Positions 12,609 through 25,539 of a stretch of 64,000 bases of DNA are shown here, piece by piece. A model generated the notes under the pieces. That model had not been told where the DNA came from. It searched no databases and worked only from the letters and a program-made list of their open reading frames with translations. Positions within the stretch are counted from its first letter, which is position 1; every line of letters starts with the position of its first letter. Both the position numbers and the translations under genes were made by a program. Source of the stretch: Auanema rhodensis (taxonomy: Eukaryota; Animalia; Nematoda); contig OZ059894.1 of NCBI GenBank assembly GCA_964057225.1, positions 10,416,001 through 10,480,000 on the forward strand, given 5' to 3'.

Positions 12609-15165
12609 CAGAAGAGTGGAGGAAATACTGCAGAACAAAGAGAGGAGAGATTGACTATATGACTTTTGGTTGAAGAAAATACCGAAATTCCATTAGATTT
12701 CGAAAGGCATATTACGACCAAAAGCCATGTATTGGACATTGTGAAAACAATGTTCAAATGACTGAAAAATGGAAATGAGAAGAGTAAGTTCCGACAAAGA
12801 ACTATAAAGTTCTTCTCTCAAGTTGGTAAGAGACTAAGCTGCTACGTGTAACCAAAGACGATAGAAGGAGGATATTTGGGCAATGAAATTGGAATTGATG
12901 GTTGAAAGAGTAGATTGACGAGGTTCTATGAAATAACGACGACCAGATGATGCAAGTATATAAGTTCCCATTGAGAACTAAAAGAGAAATAACTGAGAGG
13001 GAGAGAGAGAGAATGAGAGAGAGAGATAGGGCTTATGTATATGGCTACTTAGTAGATAGTCAGAGAGGGTAGAGGACACGAGAGTAGTCTGCAGAGAGGG
13101 AGCGTCTGACTCTGAGATGACTTGTAATTGGTTCATTTGCAGTACATAATTTATAAAGTTCTGTTTGGTTGAATAACTTGCAAAAATTTGGGATCCAGGA
13201 GACTTTTAAGGCAAAAATAGTGGAAAGAACATTAGACTGCTCATAGTGAGAGCCAAACTGAAGTTTTATGATTTTTGAAGTGAAAAGATAAACGAAAATA
13301 TAAGAAATCTCTCATTTCCACCACGTTTCCTAAAGTGATAAGTAAGATAAAAAAAAAGAAAATTGACGAGTGTTGTCCAGACAGCTCAAGGAACGAGCAT
13401 GTGTTCAGGTTGGTTGAGCGTAGGCGTACACCTCTCGAAGTAAAGAAGCTGAATGAAAAGATCAGAAATTAAGGAAAAGGCTTATATCTACTTCTTGAGC
13501 TTGAAACATTGCAATTTAATTTAAAAAAATAAAAAATAAAGCTAAGTAAATGAAAAAATTATGTGAGATGGAACATTGAAAGCATGTACTACTAGTCATG
13601 ATATCGAGAATTCATTAATTTTAATTTTAAATGAAGATGAATCATTTAAGAATTTTATAAGAAAGAACATCTTCTTTGAATCTAGATCAAAGGCTTTAAT
13701 AAAATAATTTTTCTTATAAATCAAAAGAATAATAATGATAAGATGACCATTTCATTACTCAATGAAATATGATTGTTGAAGAGATTTGAAGCTGTTTTCA
13801 TTGGTATTTTGATCGAAATTCATCATTAAATATGGAGAAAATACCATTTTCTATTATTGAAATCAAAAAATGTGGTAATAAATTCGTCAAATACGTCAAA
13901 TTCCAATTTGAATTGTTGAATTTGAAATTTGATATTTATAAGATAAAACCAAATGTTTTTTAAAATATTTACAAATCAAAATTAAATAAAAAAAAACTTG
14001 TTATAATAAAAGTAAAAGAACAGGAAAAAAACTTTTTTTTTTATTTAAAATAAAAATTTTTGAGCATTTATGAAGATAATTTATGAATGAAATAACAGAT
14101 AGTACATACTTTTATATATTTTATTATTCGATATAATTATGGGATTATATGTGATGAATGAATATGAAAAGACTTGTTTTGTTGACAAATTCAATAAAAT
14201 TATATTATTTTACTATTATAATCTGTTTTATAATTATTATATTTAGATATATAATTAGTTAGTTAGTTAGTTAGATATATTTGTTTTTATTTGGTTATTT
14301 TCTTGTTTTTTGTTTGTTTGTTTTCTATAAAAATGTTTTTTTTTATTCAAAAATTCATCCTATTTTAGATATTCTAGGATTTATTAAGTGAATGTTCAAA
14401 TGTGAAATTGACACGTGGGTCACAATGAGGAAGTATTACGTGTAAGCTGTAAGCTGTAAGCTTACTTACTGCAACAGAAGGCTTACAACTTATGCTGATC
14501 ATTGTTCTATTCTTATTCACTTTAACATTTCAATAAATTTTAATATTACCTCAACAAAGCTTTAAAAAAAAGAAAAAAAGCTTGTTCTAACATTCAAATA
14601 GTAACAGTTTATTGAAATGAAATCACAAGAGACCAAGCAGACGAGCTTAGGAGAGAGATCGACAGATAGAGAGAGAGTAAGAGAGAAAGAGTCAATGAAT
14701 GAGTGAAAGCAAAAGCCTAATAAAATGAAATTGTAGTAAAAGAAGCTTTAAACTTAACCCTCTAAAGCCAAAATTTGCTTTTAAGATCTAGCAACTACTT
14801 CATCAGCATTGAAAAGCATATTTATAATCGAAAATATCATTAATTTTCAAAAATAAATAAAAATTTAAAGATTAAAATAAAAGAAAAAGCTGTGATATAT
14901 CTAACAGAAAATGGCGATAAACAACAAAGTTGTAGTAGAAATACTATTTTTTACTTTATGTTTGTTATTTTGTTTGAAAACTTGAGCCATTGGTCGATAG
15001 TTTAAAACGGCCGATATTAGTATTTTTTTTTTTTATTTTTTTCGAAAGAAAAAAAATATTTTGAAAGCCTTTAAGTAAAAAATAATTTTTTTTGTGTTGA
15101 AAAAAGAAGAAATTATCTATTTTTTCTTCTTTAATTTCTGCTGGTATTCCGACCTATCTTGGGGT

Positions 15166-17050
15166 TTAGCCAGTTGTTCTTGACAGCCACTCTGGTGAGT
15201 ATTTTCTTCTGAAAAACCATTGAAAACACTTATTTTGTCAAAAAATGTATAAAATCCAAGTAAAAACTATATAATCAATATAATTATTTATCTACTTACC
15301 CAGATATATTTTTATATTTTTGATTTAACATCTCTTTAATGTTTTTTATTTCATCTTTCGAATATTTTAATTGAAGTTTTAATACTATTTTAGCTATTAT
15401 CATTAAGAATTTCTCACTTGATCGTGTTTCAACATCTAAATTTAAAGAAAATAATTATTAAAAACTTGAAAATGCTTAAGTAAGCTCAATATACCCTTCC
15501 AAAAATTTTCTTTTTTATCAATTACTTGCTCTTCATTCGTTAAATATTTCCAATTCATTGGTTTAGCTCTCAAACTGAATGAAAAAGGATGTAAAACAAG
15601 AAAAAATTCTAAAATGTCTCGAGAAAAAGCTTAAACTTACAAATCTAATAATAGATAATACCAGCTCTCATAATCAAAATATTCGGCTGTAACTTTATTT
15701 TTGTGGCAACCTAGGCTGTAGTATGGCATTGTCAAGTAATCAGGTGTACCAACTCTAAATAAACCTTTTTTTTCGTTTAAAACTTGAAATATGGAACGTT
15801 TTGAATGAAAATTACAAGAGAACATACCGTATGTTCTTGCCGACCTTAATCGTTTCACCAAAATCTATAAGATAAACCTGAAAAATAGGAAATTTTAGAA
15901 GAAAAATAGAAAGATTTGAAAGAGTTAAGAAAGATTACCTTTGCATTGTTTGGATGAAGGCCAATACAGAAATTCGTTGGCTTAATGTCACGATGAACAT
16001 AACCTTGAGTATGCAACTCCTGAAGAGAAGTAGCATTGGAAAATCATATAAGATGAGACAAGCAGATACTATAATACAGCAAAGACATTGATATGCAAGA
16101 TTCAAAGCTGTAGGAGCTGAGAATACTCCACCTAGTGATTCACGAAGTTTATCCAAGTTCATATCATATAAAGATAAAACTTAAATAAGACTATATATAC
16201 ATGTATACAGGAATATAAGGATATTAACCAATAAAATCCATATCACATACTCTGCCGGTGTCAATTAAGGTTGGAAAGTTGTTTGCAACCTTAGTTGCCG
16301 ATAACTCTTTTAGAACTTTGATCTCTCTCTAAATGTCAACAGGTAAACTTCAATAGATTTGAGACCAAATTCACAAGAAGCGATTGTTTCTGACGTTGGC
16401 CATTGCGTCGAAGTCCAAGTTTCATCATAAAAAGCTTTTTATGTCTAGATCTTTAATAATATTTTATTAAATTTATAAATTCCATTCGTAGAATACTTAC
16501 TCACTTGATCGTTTTTGAACTAAATAAGCTCCTGAATACCTTCCTTCATTATATCTTAGAAGAACTTCATATTTTATAAAACTTCCTTTGATATTGTGGC
16601 TAAAAATCCAAGTTTTCTTAAGAAAAACGAATGAAATTTGCTGACTCAGTATCAGAATAGATTACATCCTTTTCCTTAACTTCTGCTCGTTCAGCATAAT
16701 AATTATAATATTGTTCTATATCTTCTTTCTGGATATACATTATGATTATTTGGAAAAACAATTATATATTTCTTTCGAGATGGTAAGGAAAAACAATGAA
16801 CGAACTGTAAAAGCTTTTGCATCGAATGACAAGTCTGGACGTTCTTCTCTCAATATCTTCACAAAGAAGTCATCTGGTTGTGCCCTACTAGCGATTGCTC
16901 CAGGCAATTTCTATTCAAAAGTCAAATATAAACATCATTATGATGCTGTTAAACCTGTGTTTGATCATCTTCATTAGATATTGCAACAGAAGCTGTAACT
17001 GTCTTATCATGATATTCTGATATTTGCTGTGTTATTTCGTCGTTTCTCAT
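15166..17050 (-). CDS. Casein kinase 1/TTBK-like Ser/Thr kinase (nematode-expanded CK1 group), ~13 exons
   Basis: The spliced product has EGRYSGAY (G-loop region), FMMKLG (catalytic Lys), REIKVL, YDMNLDKLR, YVHRDIKPTNFCIG, VYLIDFG, GTPDY, DYESWYYLL and a terminal PEW. N-terminal exon boundaries are less certain. Confidence 0.88.
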
Positions 17051-17381
17051 CAAAATAAACGCCTAAGAAAAGAAACAAAACTAATAAGAACTTAACGAAT
17101 AAGTTGGAAGTTGATTAAATTAACAACAAAACTTGAAATATTACAACACACATACTATATTTGTGATGAAACAACCGACCGAATTCTATAGGTTGCTGTT
17201 TTAAAATGAAAATTTTAAAAATTTTCCAGAGCTTTGCAACATAATATTTCAACCTTTTTTTCCTAATTCTTATATATTAATGTAATTACTAATTAAATAA
17301 TAATATTATAAATAAAATAATTTATTTATTAATAAATAAACTTGAGAAATATTTTATTTATTTCGTATTCAGACCAACATT

Positions 17382-18673
17382 TTAAATACCAAATTTATGT
17401 ATTATTTTCACAGTAGAATTATCTTTTTTATACAAAAAAGATACTTTTTTGAGTAAAATTTGACGAACCTAATGAAAAAAAAAATTAAAAAAAGGAAAAG
17501 AAATGTTCTAAACACTTCACGATTAGCTGATATATATACGAAAGATGTAGCACAGCTATTGATTGTAGCACATAATGGAATTACCATTAACCAATATAAT
17601 GAACTATTGTTAGAAAGTACAATTACAGGTAAAATACGGAATAGACCCCATGCAATGAAGTAAAAAGCTGAGATTGCACAAAATTGTATACCGTACCTAA
17701 ATAATTAATAATTTGAATATGAAGATGAAATGAGGCTACAAGTATTCTCTTGAACTTCTTCTTTGATGTTCAGCTTCAGACAGACGAGTATGTTTTCTTA
17801 GATTTCTCACATATATAAACAACTAAAATATTAAAAATTTAAAGAAAATTTAAATATTAATGTAAACATAAGTATAACTAAAAGCACAAATTAGTGATGT
17901 TATTAAGCAATATGGAAATGTAATATAGATGTCTGCATAATTTTTAATATTATCTATTAAAAGATAAGAATATGAATAATAGTCTGGATCAAGAGTAAGT
18001 CTGAAATAAAGTTTTTTTAAGAAAAATAAGGCAAAATATCGAAAAGTTGTGATCTTACGTGCAACAAGGTAGACCAATTTGGGCGAGATATGTTATAAAT
18101 GCATTAAATATATATTGTAATACAACAGCATAACATACAACTTTATATGTAAATTTATTATATTTTGGATAACATACAACAATTAATCTTTAAAAAAAAT
18201 AATTTTAATCTAATTTGATAAAGCTTAAAACCTATTTATAGCTGTGAAAATTTGAGTTGATGATATAGTATTCCATGTGAACAGGAAGACAAATGAGAGC
18301 CAAGCAATTTCTGTAGACTTTTGTTCATCTTCAAATATCCATGTCTTCAAATAAAAATAAGTTTTTTAATTTTAAAGCTTTAAAACTTGAAAAAGTTTTT
18401 ATAAACTAACTAACTTCTAGTAGATTGGTTGGTAAAGTATAAGAAATAGAAACAATTAACTGGCAACAATCCATAATAAGATTTGATAAAGCAATTACAT
18501 AAATTGGAGAAGATTTCTTTCTAAATTAACAGATTTAATCAGTTTTAAAACTTAAAAACTTACTTAAAAGCTAAAACATATACTGGAAATATAACTATGA
18601 AAGTTATAATAAAACCAAAAATTGAAAAGAAACTAAGTAAAGATAAAAGAATTATTTTGATAGGTGAAGTCAT
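17382..18673 (-). CDS. Serpentine chemoreceptor, Srx-like 7TM GPCR
   Basis: Hydrophobic exons join in frame: MTSPIKIILLSLLSFLSIFG..., SPIYVIALSNLIMD, FTAINR, LPCC, DYYSYSY, REYLYGIQFCAISAFYFIAWGLFRILP, YISANREVR. This is a typical srx signature. Confidence 0.85.
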
Positions 18674-19775
18674 AGCGAAAAATGAATGATAGTTTTAGAT
18701 TATTTTCAACTTTTATATTGAAAATCTTTAAGAAATCGTTGAAATGTTATTGAAATCATCTCATTATAATTAATTAATTGCTAGTTGACGATGTTGATTG
18801 TATGTGAAACAGTTAATTTTGCTGCTTTTTTTCCAAAGATCTTTCATATAAAGTAAAGAGAGAGAGAGAGAGAGAGAGAGAGCTCCCTAAGGGCACATGG
18901 TTTTACTTTACTAATCAATTTATTAGAACTTAGCTATGTGATTAGGATTAAGCAATACATGGATTGGATCTTAGATCTGTTTTATCGGCCACCCCTTCCC
19001 CTTCCCTCTCTTCCCTCCACCTTTATTCTGGTGAAGCGCGCATGAAGTCTTCTGGTTTTCTGTTTAAAAAATTCTTTAATGTTAATATTTTTAAAAATAT
19101 ATTAAATAAAAAAGCCCAAGAGGCAAGTGAATATGCTCTGTATCTGTTAGATTTACACCAATTCAATTCAAGAGCATGATAATAATGATTGGTATCATGG
19201 CCTGTTTTCTCATTTGCTTTTAAACTAACAAACTAATGATATGAATAACATAACTTAGACTTTTGTAGAAGCTTATTCTAGGCTGATTTCTGATGAAAAA
19301 TGTTCCCTTAGGACATTTACTTCAAAATTTTAATAAATAAAGGTAATATTAATTTAGCTACCCTTCATGCAACAAGATTCTTTCGCCAACTTCTCAGGTC
19401 TAATGTTATGTTTGAAACATACAATATCAAATTCCAGATGTTGAGATTGGAGGGAGATAACAGTTGCATAGATAATTTTGAAAATATTTTTAAATGAAGA
19501 AAAACTATTTTTGTTTATATTTTTAGAACTAAAAAACTATTTCAATATACTTACTTAAAAATTAGTTGAGTAAATAATGATTGAATACCCATTAGCATTT
19601 TAAGATTCAACCTCAATTTCGCGATAAAACAATGAGTTAAGTTGGTTTGAACAACTTGATTAGGCGTCATTCATTACATTAAAAATGTTTTTAACCTTAA
19701 TCTTAACTATAACACTATATAAGTGTGATAAACATCTTATAATCCCAGAAAAACTTTTTGTTTTCGAAGAAGAAA

Positions 19776-20665
19776 ATGTTGATTTTTGGATTGCTCTCAC
19801 TAACTCTCTTAACAAGAGTTTTAGCTAATTATGGTATTCATTCATTATCAAAATGCCTTTTTTCACATTTTCATTGTAGATCCCGAAGATTTTCAACCTG
19901 AAATTGAAGGAGTTTGGGAAAAATCTCAACGTTGTGGATTCACGGAAGTTTTTTATAAATGTCAACCATGTGATTTATTATGTGGACAAGATCATAAAGT
20001 AATATTTTTATTTCTTTAAATTAAAAAAAAATAATTTTGTTAAAGCTTTGTCCGATAAAGAAATGTCAAGAAGGTTGTGGATGTCCCCCGAATTTCCGTC
20101 GTAACGGACAAGGAGCTTGTGTTGAATACTTCAATTGCTTTTCAAACTTAACACCAATGACAACCCATCAAGCATGTCAGTTTCCCATAATTTTAAGTTT
20201 AAAAATGTTTTGATTAAGCTCTAATACTAACAACACCTTCAACAACACAATCTATGATTCAAGAAACTACAACTATAATGACAAAACATCAAGGTAATCT
20301 GAGAATATTTTTAAAAGTTTTGAAATAAATATTTAGGTGATATGGCTTCAAAAACAAATTTCAAAAGAAATAAGGTTATTATATAAATTTTATTAAATTA
20401 TTGTATAAAATATTGATTAAGCTTGATATGCATCGGAAAAAACTTCAAGAATATCAAACACGATCACAGAGAACAAATCTTTTTCCAAATCGTAAATATC
20501 TTGAAGATGTAAGATTATTAGCAACTTCTATTTTCCTACAACTTTACCAACATATTTCAGCCTTGGAACTGTGAGGACAACTTCCATCCATTCAAATCAG
20601 AGCTTGATTGTCTCAGATTCTTCAAAGCAAGATTTCTACAATTCTTAAAAAAACGATCATTGTAA
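19776..20665 (+). CDS. Secreted single TIL-domain (Ascaris-type protease inhibitor) protein with Thr-rich linker and basic tail
   Basis: Signal peptide MLIFGLLSLTLLTRVLA, then a 10-Cys TIL domain CGFTEVFYKCQPCDLLCGQDHK|LCPIKKCQEGCGCPPNFRRNGQGACVEYFNC. Seven exons join in frame to TAA at 20663-20665. Confidence 0.85.
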
Positions 20666-22591
20666 TATGAGTCTTAAACTTTTGTAAAAACATTATTCAT
20701 TGGCAAATTGTCAAATATTTCAAATATTTTTTGCATAAAAGACAATCTCTCTTTGATTTTAATATCCGGAAATCCGGTAATATGTATGTCGTCTTCTTTG
20801 ATGTCAAGCAAGTATATGGAGATATGAAGAGAAGATGACGTCAACGGAAATATATTTATACATATGTGGGTGTGTAGGTGTTAGTTAATTCATTTAAAAT
20901 CTTAAAAAAAACTATAAAATATCTATTTTTTCTTCATTTTTATTAAAAATATCATATTACTGAAATAATAATAATAATAATGTTTAAAGATGAATAATCA
21001 ATGAACAATAACCAATTTCTTCCCCACTTTTCACCTTCTGGCGTTTATTTTTCATTTCTTGATTGTGTCTGGAAGTAAACTGAAAGGTCTAAGAATCTTT
21101 ATCTATTTAAAGTCTATTTACTGATTCAGTAGTACATAGTACATCTGTTTTTCAACAAAAAAAAGTAAAGAAAAGAGAAAAAAAACTTGATGGAATGGGT
21201 TATGATTGCTTAAAAACAATGGATTATATATATATATATATAGTATTATATAATATATATATATATATAGTATAAGATTGTATGAATAGAACCAACCGTT
21301 CAATGAACATTTAAAGTTTAAAATAAATTTCACGTGATTTACACGTGGCTTATTAAACAATTAATTTGAATATCAAAAATCATAAAGTTATTTGAATTTG
21401 TTTTTAAATTTATAAATATACATATATATTAATATTATAAAAAACATAAAATAATAATAGTAATAAATTGACTAATTGTATTATAATCCATATTTAGTGA
21501 GAGAGAAAGAGATGTTGGAAATGCTTAGTAATGCTGTTTTCAGGTTGTACGATGTTATTACGCACCACTTCTTCCCTTCCTTTTATTCCTCTTTTACTTT
21601 TCACACTTATTCTTCAATCTCTCTGCTCTTTGAGGTTCAAATTTGAAAAAAACAAGTCATTGGTTAGAAATCAAATATATTTTTTTCATTTCCATCTTAA
21701 AGAGTTTCAAAACATAACACAGATGTTTGTTTTTTCTTTGTTTAAGAGCAACATATAAGAAATCTTGGTTGAAAGAAGTACAAACTTTCAATGTTCTAAA
21801 CTCCATTTCTATTATCTATATGAAACTATAAAAATGAAAAATTCATCTTATTTACGTCATTCACTTCTACAAATTGTTATTGTTAATCAGTTTTTTTTTC
21901 TTTTTTTTTTCAATCATTTTTTTAGTTGCAAACCTTCTTTTATGAGAAATATTAGAAGAAATACTTTTGCTTGCACATTTTCTTTCAGTTTTTTTTAATT
22001 TTTATAATTTAATTTATATATTATTAATTTTTAAATATTCATTATATATCTTTATTATAAAAAAATATAACTAATAGGTTACAAATCTCTCTCTCTCTCT
22101 CTCTATACATCCCTCTTTCACTATACACATCTTTAACTATCTCTCTCTCTCTTTCTCTTTCTCTTTCTCTCTAAATATGGAACATCTTACTTACTTTCCT
22201 TTCTTCTATAGATAGATATATAGATAGATTTTCATATAATATATAAAACCTAATTTATTTCCCCTTTAAACTATTTACCTGAATTTGTAGTTCAAGCATA
22301 ATCATGTTAATCCAAGTTCAGTCGTGTATATTCTTGTTACCGAATCTAGATACCGGATGCATTTTCCAATGAAAAGTATTTTAAAAATTGAAGAAAAAAA
22401 AGTTCAGAATAAAGTGAATTTATCCTAACTTTATATAAAAATATATATTTAGTTATAAAAATTCTTTAATCATATTTCTAATGTACTTTTTTTCTCAACG
22501 AAGAACTTTAATTGCATAGTATTCATCATTCTCTCTATCTTTCCTCTCTATACACGGCTTTCTCTCTCTATACACCTCTCTCTCTCAATAC

Positions 22592-22593
<2 letters not shown>

Positions 22594-22675
<82 letters not shown>
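22594..22675 (+). repeat. (CT)n microsatellite, ~40 units
   Basis: Directly visible. Confidence 0.95.
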
Positions 22676-22680
<5 letters not shown>

Positions 22681-25500
22681 TCTCATATCTTTATCTATAT
22701 AATGTATATGGCAATCGACATCTACTCATATATTCATTCATACATCCATCCATCTGGAGATTTTTTTCTTATAAAAAAAAAAAGAAGAATAGTTTATTAT
22801 ATGGTATTGTTAAAATGAAAATATCAAATAACAAGAAGTGATCTTCGGAAATTGATATTAAGCATTCATTTCAAAGGTTAATGACATCATAAGTATTTCA
22901 ATACGAACTTTATTTTCTGAAGATTTCATTTCTCTTCAATTTACCTCATAAATTCATATAATATCTCTCATTTTCTATTTTACTATAACTCTTTTCAACT
23001 CTTATTTCGTATAATATCTCATCTATTCTATTAATTTTCATCGAAATATCTCTAAAAAATGACCGTAATCTATCTATAATATTTGGTAATAAATAAGAAT
23101 CTTATAATATTTTATAATAATTTTATTAATTTATATATAAATTTTTCCAATTATTATTATTTAAATCGAAAAAAAAAGAAAATTTTTCACCACTCCCAAC
23201 AGATTTTTGATTAAAATTCAAAAAACAAATTAATTATCTGCATATTATTCAATGTATGTTTCAAGTTTTCTTCTTATAAAAAAAGTTTTTATTTAGATCA
23301 ATTGATATAGAGAATGAGTTATTCTACTTCCGTCTTCAATTGAAAAGACATGTGTGCAAGCAGATGAGAATGAATGAAACGAAGATTTGATGCAAATTGT
23401 TTCTGAAAATTTGAAAAATTAATTGTTATCTTCATTCAAATTGATATATCTTAACCTTTCATCTTTAGCATTTCCAAATAAAGAAATACATATCCAGTAA
23501 TCCAAAAATAAATATTTCAAGTTCAATATTTGATATTCTTGCACCGCCACGAAGCACCATCATCAGTGTAGTACCTCCTCCTCCTCCTCTTCTACCCACC
23601 CCTCTTACCATCTCCACCTCCTCTTCATTCATATAAGTAGTGTTATGTATGAAAAATATTTATATATAATTAGAAGAAATATTGAAAATAATCCAAAAAA
23701 AATAAAAAAAAGGCGGCATAGCCATAAGGTTGTTTATCAACTTTTTGAAGTTTTATTTGTTTTGGGATTAAATATCTAATTTCATCATATATTACCATAT
23801 ATTCTTTTGTATTTTTCTTCATTTTTCCTCATTTGTTTCAAATATTGTTATATTCTCAAATTTTTTTTTAAATATTTTCAAACAAAAAATATAAAATAAT
23901 AATTAAAATGTCTGTCATATACAAATATTTCCTATATTTTAGTTTTTTTTTAAAAAATAGAAGGATTTTTATGTCAAATATACATATAGTTAGACGTGTA
24001 CATACATATAGTTAGTTATAAAAATATTTATTTCCTTTTTTTTTCTTCTTTGTTTCAATCTTCTACTATTTCTATGTTACGATAGATATATGAAGAAGAA
24101 AAAAAAGGTTCAGATGATATTTAAAATGTTTTTTTTATTATTTTATTTAAAAAAAAAAGAATTATCTACAACTTTTAAATGTTTTTCAAACATTTGTAAA
24201 TACATAACTGTATCTTTTTTTTTTGTTTTATTTCTTTTCAAAATAAATTTTGTTCAAAAGAAAATTTCCCCCTCCCCCCCTCTCTCTCTCTCTCTTTCTT
24301 AAATACTTTGAACTTAAGAAAAGCACGTTGAGAGAACTACTTACATCTACTAATATTCATTTACAAGCTTATGCTGCTGTGCCTTCAACTTTTAACTATT
24401 TACAATAACAATATTTAACATTTAAAGCTTAGCTATAGTATAATATGACATCACACTATCATAACTATATGTCAAAATATATGCAAAAAGAAAGTCAAAT
24501 TCTCACATAACTATGCATGTCTATCTGGATGTCTTAGATGTAAAAAGGCTTGGTGTAAAAACCTTATTGCCTATAGCTTAAAGGTAATTTGAAACTTTCT
24601 ACTGATTTTTCAAGTAATTGATCATTCTCTTCAAGTTTAACTCATTCATGTACCTTTTCACATTCTCTCTTTCTCTCTGATTATCCGAACACACAAACTC
24701 ACACATGCTTACTTGCATATTCTCTGAACCTTGCTTGAGAATCACCTTTCCTTTTCATATTTTTCAGTTACATTTTAGTTTATTCAAGTAATTATTGACG
24801 GATCAACTACTATATAGTTAATCATTAGTTATTCATATTATTACGTATATATTACTTTTAATGAATTATTATATGAAAAAACTAATTTATTCTATCAATA
24901 TTAATTAACCTTAACACTTAATTTCAACCTCATGCTTTCAGATCAATCTTGTGAGATTTCCTTTTTGACTTCTCCGCCTTCTTCCGTTCGTTTTCGGCTA
25001 TTTCTTTTGTCTTTTAACACACAGTGTTTCGAACATTATCATATAAAGCCGTCAAATAAGATTTATTCTTTGAACCCAAAATGACATCAAAATGTTTCCA
25101 AAACTTAACTTTTTCAACTTTTAGCTTTTAACAATCATTGATAATCTAAAATTATTTGTATTTCTCAAACTACATTTTCCTAATTAATGCCTTCAATATC
25201 TCTTTCTCATTTTATTTTTTCTTTTGTTCTGATTTCAAATTAATTTATTGTCAACAAACATGTGTACGTACATATATGTATATGTGTATCTGTGTGTGTG
25301 GGGAACTTATAAACTATCTTCTCAAGCATTATTTCCAACCTGATCCACAATGCTCAAACTATGTTTCCAACTTTTTTTTGTATAAGTTAGTTTATGTTTA
25401 ACAATAATTCATATATACATATATATATATATGTTTATATAGATAGATTATCTTTAATATGACTTATCTTTAATCCATGATTCTACACATGGTTTCTCTT

Positions 25501-25539
<39 letters not shown>

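Noticed and set aside
14441-14470. (TGTAAGC)3 as a telomere-like or elimination-site repeat
   Set aside because: Not TTAGGC, only three units, and no other context.
17050-17382. srx and kinase as a possible SL2 operon
   Set aside because: About 250 nt separate the likely poly(A) site from the trans-splice acceptor, longer than typical, and the functions are unrelated. It cannot be supported without SL2 reads.
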